From Macrostomum lignano (Eukaryota): DNA of 64,000 bases. The position numbers and the translations under genes are program-made. The notes beneath the pieces are model-generated. The model saw only the letters and a list, made by a program, of their open reading frames with translations, made no database searches and had not been told where the DNA came from. The stretch spans positions 434,001 to 498,000 of the forward strand of contig NIVC01000620.1 in NCBI GenBank assembly GCA_002269645.1, given 5' to 3'. Below are positions 55,755 through 64,000 of the stretch, in pieces. Every line of letters starts with the position of its first letter. Position 1 is the stretch's first letter.

Positions 55755-56520
55755 GTTTCTTGTCTCTCATTTAATGATAGCAGATTTTGTAGGCCAGAGA
55801 TGCAGCAGAGAAGTTTCTGCAGCTAAGCAAGTAACAATATGCAACTAATATTTATTTTAAGCACCATACGTCAGTACCATGTTGGAGGAGACTTTTTTGA
55901 GACAATCGTTTGAAAGTCTCAGATCTTGGTTAATAATGCTCAAGGCTTGTCTTTCTACCCGAATGCGAGCACAATGAGACTGTAGGTAATGAAATGCCTG
56001 CACACTGCCGCACTTACCTCAGTGCGTGTATGGGCAGACACAGCTTAAGTATCATAAAATAAAAAAACAGTATACGAGCGTATACGGGATGTTTAACACT
56101 GTGACACAGCAGTATCCCGGACCTTTACACAAAATGCTAGAGCTGTAATTGAGAATTAGAATATCGAATGTTCTATTAGATGAGGCTTGTGTGCAGTGTT
56201 GGCTTCGAAAATTACGGTTGGACTAGCATCGCTCTCTCGTCGTTTTTCAGAAGTCGCTTTTTCATTATTTTTTTGCTAATGTACTCTCCTCACGATAAAC
56301 ATCCTCAGCAGTGCGACATGAATTCTGTGATGCAGAAAGCCTTACTCCGGTTCATTTTTTTTCATTATGTCATTCTTATTTTTATACATATTTGTGTTCT
56401 CTGCAGCTTTGCAATTGCGATAGGTTTATGAAGGCCATAAGTCGTCTTATATAAAGAGAATTCTTAGCTCATTTTTAACTAGCGTTCAACATACCACGTT
56501 TATTCTCGAATACTCGTACA

Positions 56521-57543
56521 ATGGAGGTCTTAGGCACCCTGTCTCAAATTTTCGAGATCGCAAATGGCATCATCACGACATCTAATGCTGTGAGCAAAAT
56601 TGTGGAAGACATTGTCGCCGACGTGTCTCGGCTTCGGACGTCGCTAGAGAACAAGAAGGCTGAGATCGATCGGATGCTGATGTCCGAATTCAGCTCGGCT
56701 ACAAGAGAAGTCAGCTCCCAGGGCAGCCAGACGCAAGCCATGTTCCGCAACCTGTGCCACCGATGGCATCGAATTTCGGACGAGCTGTCTCAAGCTATGC
56801 GCTATAGGCGACTCGAAGCTTGGAAACTGAGGGAATTAAAAGAGCAAATCTCTGCTGCCCTGACCTTCAGTAGCTCGTGCGAGCACAGCTACGATATATT
56901 CAAGGAGCGACTCAATGAAGCCTTCAAGATCGCACTGAGGCTCTGTGGCAGGCTGCAGTCTGGCGCGGAACAAGCAATGGCTGGGGTCAGGAAGGCGAAG
57001 ATCGGCGGCTACGGAGCCGCTGGCGTCATGGGTGCTGGAGCTGTAGCCTGCGCTGTTGGCGCCTTTTTTACTGGTGGCTTGTCACTGATTGGCACGGCTG
57101 TTCTGGGGGCCGGAGCGGCTGCGGCTGCCAAGGCTACAAAAAAGTAAGGGTAACGTGTGTAAAATGTCGTAACTAACCCAGATATTAAAAAAGTTTTATT
57201 GGTAATGCGCTACGGGAACACAGTTTTTTAAAGAGAACCAGAAATATTTAAAAAACTGTTTTAATGTGTAAAACATATTCAGCTTTCATAAAATTTCAGA
57301 CACGCAGGCGAACTAGAGAATCTTGCCAACGAGTTTAAAGGGCGGATTAGTAACATCGACGAATCGATTCGAAACATGGATCGCCTTGCCGATCAAGTGG
57401 AAAAAGCCCGCCAGCAAGGCTTGAGCGCTTGCCAAAGGCTAGAAGATAAGATGTTCGATCTGCAACGAGAAGAAGAATGGCGTAGACGCGCCGAATTAAG
57501 TAAAAGGACAATGAGTCTCTTAGACATTTGGAAAAATAGTTGA
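56521..57543 (+). CDS. Helical protein with central Gly/Ala hydrophobic hairpin (ApoL-like / ClyA-type alpha-pore-forming candidate), 288 aa
   Basis: Exons 56521-57143 (AA|GTAAG) and 57300-57543 (TTTCAG|A), phase 2. Exon 2 is not in the ORF track. Hydrophobic stretch GGYGAAGVMGAGAVACAVGAFFTGGLSLIGTAVLGAGAAAAA lies between amphipathic helices. The gene is well supported; the family call is inference. Confidence 0.8.
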
Positions 57544-58159
57544 AGGCCGATTACTAAAATGTCTGTATCTCCGAATCGGTTGCATGTAGAAGAATCCTTT
57601 TTTCGCCAGATTGTTCAGATTTTTGTCCCCTACCAAGTAAGTCAGTCAGTTTAGTTTCCCACTCGATGTAGATGCAAGAAAATCCTGTACAATGAAGACA
57701 CCCTATTTCTGATCGAATGGTAGCTATTCAAATCTTCAAGTTTAGGAAGCAAATAAAATAAAGAAGCTAAAAAATCTTAAGCGCTTCATTAGTGACATTT
57801 CTGAAAATATATCGGAGTCTGGAGATCATATACAGAACCCGCATAATTTGGCCTATAGCTATCCTTTAAAATCTTTCTCACAAGATGGCCAGTCAGAAAA
57901 AATGAGTGAGAAGAAAAAGCCAAACATCACAAAGCAGACTCCTGTTTTAACACTCTGTCCTCTATAATCTGTAAATCGAAGTGGCTTGAAAGTGGCAGTA
58001 GAATTTAGCAAGCAAGCAGAGTTGTGTCGAGTTTATTTGCTTATATAGGGTTATGACTAGCTAGAAATCAAATAGGTCTATGTCTATAAAGTATTTATTA
58101 CTAGGTTTCCAGTCGATAAATATTTGTCCTTAGCCTTAGTCATAGGCCTAGCCTAGTAA

Positions 58160-60520
58160 TGTAAGTAATGTAAAAAACGATAAATAACCTAATAAAATTC
58201 GACTAAACCATAAAATAATATAATTGCTGCGGGGTTTGTATAAATAATATAATTATGTTACTGATAGTAGTTAACCGTGCATATTTTATTCCAATCAATC
58301 AGAAAATTCTTCCCCTTATTAGTTTTAATCCCGTGAAATTTTGTTTAAATTCCCACTTTGTTATAAATGTCGTTGTTATTTTGTTTTAATGCGTAGTGCT
58401 CACCCCCCTTTGTATTTCACTATAAAAAGGAGCAGTTTGGGCTCAAATTCAAGTTTTGGCTTTGATCATTTTCCGCTTGAAAACTCTTAGTAATTTGAAG
58501 TTTAACTTTAAAACTTCCGCTAAGACTTGTCTCGCTATTTCTTTATTGAATAGGGAGAACTTGAGGTCGTGGAGACCCAGAACTAGGAGTCTGGAATAGG
58601 GAGAACTCGAGGTCGTAGAGACCCTGAATAGGAGCCCAAAAAGGGAAATTTGAAGTCGTGCAGACCCTAAGGAAGCCGTGCAGGCTAATAAAACACATTA
58701 GGCGCTAGGGAATTAGGCATTAGGGGATTAGATAGCTATCTGGACACACTTGATCCTCGGAAAACGCAATACTTTCGGACTTAATTAGGGAATTAGACAG
58801 TGTCTTACCGCTCGGGCACTACACGCTATCACAAGGTTTCTAAGAAATCACGTGAATTAAGAAATTTCTAGGAAAGAATTATAGCTTAGGGGCAAACAAC
58901 ACTACTTAAAGTAGGCAACTCAGTGGCATTTAATGAGATTTACAGAGGTAGAACATAGAAGTAAAACAAAACCTAGTACAACTTGGTGACTGCGGTGGGA
59001 TATTTTGCAGAAAGAGCAGTCAGACCTATTACAACTTGGTGACTAATCGCTGGGATTTCAGCTAGGAACTATAAGGACTATTAAATAATTTAGCTAAGTG
59101 TTTCTGGTTACATACTGCAAAATTATGAAAATTAATAGCCCTAGGCTTCTGCAAACAGCACATTATGTTGAAAATCATATGCAATTCGTATATCTCACTA
59201 ATGTATAAGAGAACGAAAATCGGCCTTCAACTATTTTTACACGAATCGAGAGTGTTACGTCCTGCATACAGAGGCGCCGGTAGGGCCTCAATGATGTTGC
59301 CCCAAAAAAATTAAATTTAAAAACAAACAATAACAAAATACGCAGCCCCACATGCAAGGTCACAGTTAAACAGCTCATAATTTTAAAAGAATGCTTCATA
59401 TTCAATGCTACTCGAATTCTAAGAGTAGCTGCTTTTATTGGTCTTGCAAAAGATCAAAATATACAGTACGATCTACGCTTTGTCAACAATACTGTAAAAA
59501 TCCAATTCTTTTCTATGCGTTTCAAATTTCGCCTATTAAATTAGTAAATATACCTGATCGTTGCCCGAAGGTATTTGGCCCTGAATTCAGGCCTGCAAAG
59601 AGATATCACTTACCTATTTAAGTTAGTTTGCTCGTAATTGTTGGGTAGTTTTATTGCTCATTTTTACTTTCATACGAGCGTAGAATGTGGGTTTTGGGGG
59701 TAGCTACCCGATGCCTTCACCCCCCGGCCCTGTTTTGAGTCCCTTTGTTAGAAAAGATGGACAATAAAAGTTTTTTATCGCTGAGATAGTGCCTGAAATA
59801 ATAGCCTATTTTTATATGCACAAATAATACTTTACGTTTTTGCTATGCTTTCTTAGAAACGCGCTCAGTAAAATTTACCCGAATTTTGTTAAAATGTTGT
59901 TATTCACGGAAATATTAACTTTTGTTTGAAACGAGTCTGACATCTTAGTATAAATAGAAGCCCCGAGCGGGCCAAGAAAAGTAACTTGCCTCGACTTGCC
60001 GAGAGCTTCCAAATTTCGAGCAAAACTTAGTAAGCTCTTACTAAATCTTTAAAAGCAGTTGTTCAAATTGACTTATTCATTTCCTAGAGTATAAAACCCC
60101 AAATTGGGAGTAGCATTAGAAGACCGCTAAAAAGCGAGAACCACCTCAGAGTAGGAAAACCCTACAGAGTAGTAAAATCGCCTCAGGGCAGGAACGATCG
60201 CCTCGGGGCAGGGAAAGCGCATAAGGCTGTGACCCTCTGATACCGGGAACGCCCAGGACTGAGAGAAATTATAAGATCAAATAGTAAGAGTAGACAGTGC
60301 CATTAGACCGCTCAGGCCAAAGAGTAAAGTACATGTACAGACGCTACCAGTAGATCATTAAACGCTACCAATAACTATAAATTCATGCAAAAGTACATTA
60401 ATGAGAATTAAGTAAGAAAGCATCGAAATTGGCCTTATAACAGCTTTAGTGGCAGAAAATATGATTAGACAATGGAATAAATAGGGAGCCCTAGTACAAT
60501 TTGGTAACAGTAGTAGGATA
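58160..60520 (+). mobile_element. Decayed LTR-retrotransposon remnants (LTR end + primer-binding site junctions)
   Basis: CCTAGTACA-ACT-TGGTGACTGCGGTGGGAT at 58972-59001. The 18-mer is complementary to a tRNA-like 3' end (ATCCCACCGCAGTCACCA). Degenerate copies at 59031-59055 and 60490-60519. TATAAAA at about 58421. No intact gag/pol. Boundaries are approximate. Confidence 0.55.
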
Positions 60521-61633
60521 ATTATAGTAAGAAGAATAATCACTGTTACAATTATGGTTGCGTTGTGAGATTATTTATAGGGACAGAAGTAACCCCTGTG
60601 TCACCACCTAGAATCTCTCCATCTAGCTGCATTAAAAGTTTATTTTTGGCTCAGTTTCAGATTATTTTTTCTGCACTCAGAGATAAAATGCATTGTATAT
60701 AGAAGACAGCACTTGATATTTGTCCAAGTAATTGTGAGAAGGAGTTCTCAATATATTTGTCTTTTTACATTTTTTCGGACTGCTGTTGCAAAGGTAAGCC
60801 AAGTCGTATTGCGTTAGATAATTTAGAGTTCTGTATCACAATTTTCAAATTCCATTCTTTATAAATTAATCTGATTTGTACCATTATGAATTTAGCGTCA
60901 TAAATAAGCTTGCCAAGTTAGAATTTACAGTGAAAAAATCTGATTTCCATGAAAATTTGGCCTCTTGGGCAGAAATGCGATTGCAGAGCTAGTCAAACTG
61001 GTTTTTGTTTTTAGACTAGCCATCTGCGCCCCCTTTGGGGTAGCGAAAAGGAGAGGAATGATTGACTCAAAATTCCAAAACGCAAGCAAACCCAAGCAAC
61101 CAGGCTATCAGTCTAACCGAGCCCTCTTGCACTAAAATGATCACACTCCTAACCAGCCTACATTACCAGCCTTATGCCTGATGAAATTCTATTAGATCTT
61201 GACTCTGCATTTTAAAGCACCCACTCCCTGCAGACAATTAATGTGGCAGTGCTGGGCAAAAGTAGGGGTTAGGCAATGTTATATGAATAGAAGGTAGAGT
61301 CTTGTTTCTTTTTTGTGCTTCTGTACCCTGCCTGTCTGCACGCCGCCAAAAGCTGACAGTGGGGTGGGCCCTCCACTCCACTGCCCTCCCCAGCCGACGG
61401 GTGGCGCCACGTTCTTACTTTTTTCCAGAATTTTCCGCTATCCACCCTCTCAATCTGTGAAAGTTCTACTGTTTCCTTTTTTGAAAAGTAGCCAGGTTGG
61501 CGTGGTTGGCGTGTTAGTAGTATGTTACGCGCATTTTTCTTTGCTTACTTGCATTTAACATTTCTCATATATTAACTTAAATTTAACTTGCATGCAGACA
61601 CTCTAGCATTAGAGAACTATTCGGCCGCAACCG

Positions 61634-64000
61634 ATGGAGCCGGACTCTTCTAAAGGAGTCGAAGTGCCGAATGATGGCGATCCGATGGTATCGTTTGAGC
61701 CTCAGCCGACGCCGCCGCCACCGCCATCAACGCAGCCTCCGCCGCCAACACAGCCTCCACTGCCAACGCCACCAAATGACGACGACTGCAAACGTGAACT
61801 ACTGCTTCAGCTGACACAACAGAAGAAATTTGATGACGCAAAGAAGATTATACAAAGTTTAAAGAACACAGCTGCACCTTTACGTCGAGATCAGCTGCTA
61901 CGGACAGCTGTTCACTACTCCGCGATGGATCCAAGCGGGTTTGAGCTATTGAAGGATCTCACAGAACTGGTTGGCGCAGGCTGCTTGGCAACCCCAGACC
62001 GCAATGGAGTGACTCCGTTTCACTTCGCAGCGCAATATCTGCCTGATAATGCCTGGAATACATTTATTAACCCGCTTGTAACGGAAAGCCATCTTAAGAA
62101 GAGAGATAACGCAGGAAATACTTGCGCACACTATGCAGTCCGCGAACAGCGTGCCAATGATGGAGTAATACTTTCTATAGTCCATAAGTCGGGGCCGAGA
62201 TGCCTGGATGTTTCAAATGAGATTAAAGAGACGCCTCTTCAGCTTGCGGTAAAAAACTGCACCTCAAAAACAGTTAAAAAGCTGTTGAAAGAGCTCAATC
62301 CGAGGTGGCTTCAGGAGGCAGATGAAGAAGGCAACACAGTAGCACATTACGCGGCCATGAACCCGAGAGGCGCGGTACTTAAAGTTGTAAAAAAAGTGGG
62401 CGATCCCGTTCTTTTTTGGTCTAACAATCACAAAGAAACCGTTTTACAAATAGCGCTTCAGTTCTGCTCGATTTCGAAATCGCACTTGCTTCTGAAAAAA
62501 GCTGTAGCAAAGGCTGCTAAATTGCCAGGGTCGAAAGAGTCGAAAAAACTCCGGCAGCAGGATTCGACTGGAAAGACATGCTTACACAGTACAGCGATGC
62601 TTAGCGACAGGCAAGAAATTCTGCTTCAGGCAGTAGAGTTAGGGAAGCCACTCGGACCCGAATGTCTAGCCTGGAAGAACCAAGCCGGAAGTTCAGTGCT
62701 GCACGTTGCACTTGAGCATGGCCGCCAGTCCGAACCCGCAAGCACAGAAGTCTTAGTCAAATTGATTTCAAAATCTACAAAAGACGTTCTAGCAAAGGTT
62801 GATGCAAACGGTAATACATGTCTTCACATAGCCGCTAAGAGGAGAGACAATCATCGATTGTTACGTGAGGCTATCCAGAAGTGCGGAAAAGATTGCATGT
62901 TCTGGCCAAACAAAAGAAATCAATTGGTAATGTTCTTTGCTATTGGAGTTGTCTCTTCCAAAGAACTAGAAGAGGCATTGAAGAATGACATCCCTTCTGA
63001 CGATTTCGGCAACACTCTGTTGCATTACCTCCTTCAAGGCTACAGCAGCGAGTCAGTCTGTGTTGGCTTAACCGATTCTGCAATCGAAAAGCAGTCTACA
63101 ACTGATATTCTTGAGAAGATCGATATCCTTATTGCTTTTGGCGTGGATCCACTTGAGGAGAATATTGCCGCTCAAAACTTTCTACATTGGGCTAAGTTGC
63201 CGCAAAATTTGCTTAAGAAGCTTTTAACAGATTTTTCCGAATCTCATGGGCTTAAGGCCCTGTACGAAAAGCTAGATTGTGGGTCAAATGGACTCCACTT
63301 GGTTCACACGTACTCAAGAAAGTACAATTTGGAAGTTTTATTAGAGCCATTATCGAAACTGTCGGATTTAAAAGAAAATAGACTTTTGAGCTTGGCTGTT
63401 TCCAAGGGCGACAACAAGGGTGCCACCTGTTTTCATTTCGCCTGCGAAGGTGGCCAAACAAGCAGTTTTCGATTCTTATTGAAAAAAGGTCCAAATATTA
63501 GCGTCAGCATCAAGACGCTGACAGATTCCGAACTGTCTTGCATTGACTTTGCTATTGATAGAGGTCACCTCGAGCCGGTAATGAAAGTCTATACAGAATT
63601 TGAAGCTAAGGCACTTCAGAAAAAAGGAATAGGCTCCAAAGCAGCATCAAATGCCGCAAGAATTACTCTCTTGCGCCTCGTTGATCCGATTAAGAAGGCC
63701 GTCTCGCTGCCGGACCGGGTGGCAGCTCAGAAAGCGCTTGCTTCAATAATCGACCAGCTATCCGACGATTCAACTGCCTGTCGGAAGGGCAGAAGAGGCC
63801 TGCAAATACTAGAAAGGGCGATAACGCTCAACTCAACAAAACTATTTCGCAGCGCTTTAAAGATGAACTTTGTTAACGCCACAACGGAGAGACTTTTGCC
63901 AGAGTTCTTGCGCTGCCAGCAGCATCGAAATTTAGAGCTAAGCGTGATAAATTGCCTGTGCATGGGTGACAAAATTGGAAGGCACGGTTGGGTCGATGCT
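61634..64000 (+). CDS. Ankyrin-repeat protein, N-terminal 789 codons, runs off the window
   Basis: I translated it by hand: open from ATG 61634 to 64000 with no stop. Pro-rich N-terminus, then repeats DRNGVTPFHFAA, DNAGNTCAHYAV, DEEGNTVAHYAA, DSTGKTCLHSTA, DANGNTCLHIAA, DDFGNTLLHYLL, DNKGATCFHFAC. It is missing from the ORF track because no stop lies in the window. Confidence 0.93.
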   Translation, partial: MEPDSSKGVEVPNDGDPMVSFEPQPTPPPPPSTQPPPPTQPPLPTPPNDDDCKRELLLQLTQQKKFDDAKKIIQSLKNTAAPLRRDQLLRTAVHYSAMDPSGFELLKDLTELVGAGCLATPDRNGVTPFHFAAQYLPDNAWNTFINPLVTESHLKKRDNAGNTCAHYAVREQRANDGVILSIVHKSGPRCLDVSNEIKETPLQLAVKNCTSKTVKKLLKELNPRWLQEADEEGNTVAHYAAMNPRGAVLKVVKKVGDPVLFWSNNHKETVLQIALQFCSISKSHLLLKKAVAKAAKLPGSKESKKLRQQDSTGKTCLHSTAMLSDRQEILLQAVELGKPLGPECLAWKNQAGSSVLHVALEHGRQSEPASTEVLVKLISKSTKDVLAKVDANGNTCLHIAAKRRDNHRLLREAIQKCGKDCMFWPNKRNQLVMFFAIGVVSSKELEEALKNDIPSDDFGNTLLHYLLQGYSSESVCVGLTDSAIEKQSTTDILEKIDILIAFGVDPLEENIAAQNFLHWAKLPQNLLKKLLTDFSESHGLKALYEKLDCGSNGLHLVHTYSRKYNLEVLLEPLSKLSDLKENRLLSLAVSKGDNKGATCFHFACEGGQTSSFRFLLKKGPNISVSIKTLTDSELSCIDFAIDRGHLEPVMKVYTEFEAKALQKKGIGSKAASNAARITLLRLVDPIKKAVSLPDRVAAQKALASIIDQLSDDSTACRKGRRGLQILERAITLNSTKLFRSALKMNFVNATTERLLPEFLRCQQHRNLELSVINCLCMGDKIGRHGWVDA

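Overview
This is eukaryotic (animal) genomic DNA. Genes have GT-AG introns, and most large introns are filled by micro- or minisatellites. The style suggests a free-living flatworm such as Macrostomum, but that is inference only. I reconstructed these genes by hand: a 13-exon ATP8A/Drs2-class P4-ATPase lipid flippase (2056-17222, first exon not found); two tandem six-exon K+-dependent Na+/Ca2+ exchanger (NCKX/SLC24) paralogs (20117-26170, 31160-37080); two secreted WSC + PAN/Apple-like genes between them and a third, broken copy at 51.4-52.6 kb; several orphan coiled-coil or low-complexity genes; an ApoL/ClyA-like helical protein with a Gly/Ala hydrophobic hairpin (56521-57543); and an intronless ankyrin-repeat ORF that runs off the right edge and is absent from the ORF track. 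Mobile DNA includes a decayed Penelope-like element ending in a hammerhead ribozyme, three copies of a tRNA-headed SINE (one full length with a 13-bp target-site duplication), a minisatellite-carrying dispersed element and LTR/PBS remnants. The strongest leads are: (1) NCKX paralog 2 has Asn at the position of NCKX2 Asp575, the K+-dependence switch, while paralog 1 keeps Asp; (2) the flippase has non-canonical residues at both TM4 substrate-selecting positions; (3) the WSC-PAN secreted family; (4) the candidate pore-forming protein; (5) a TGTCA core shared by unrelated intronic satellites; (6) a TG-to-TA biased decay signature in LTR-derived DNA. Most long ORFs in the supplied track are artefacts of tandem repeats. 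There are no CRISPR arrays, rRNA genes or convincing tRNA genes.
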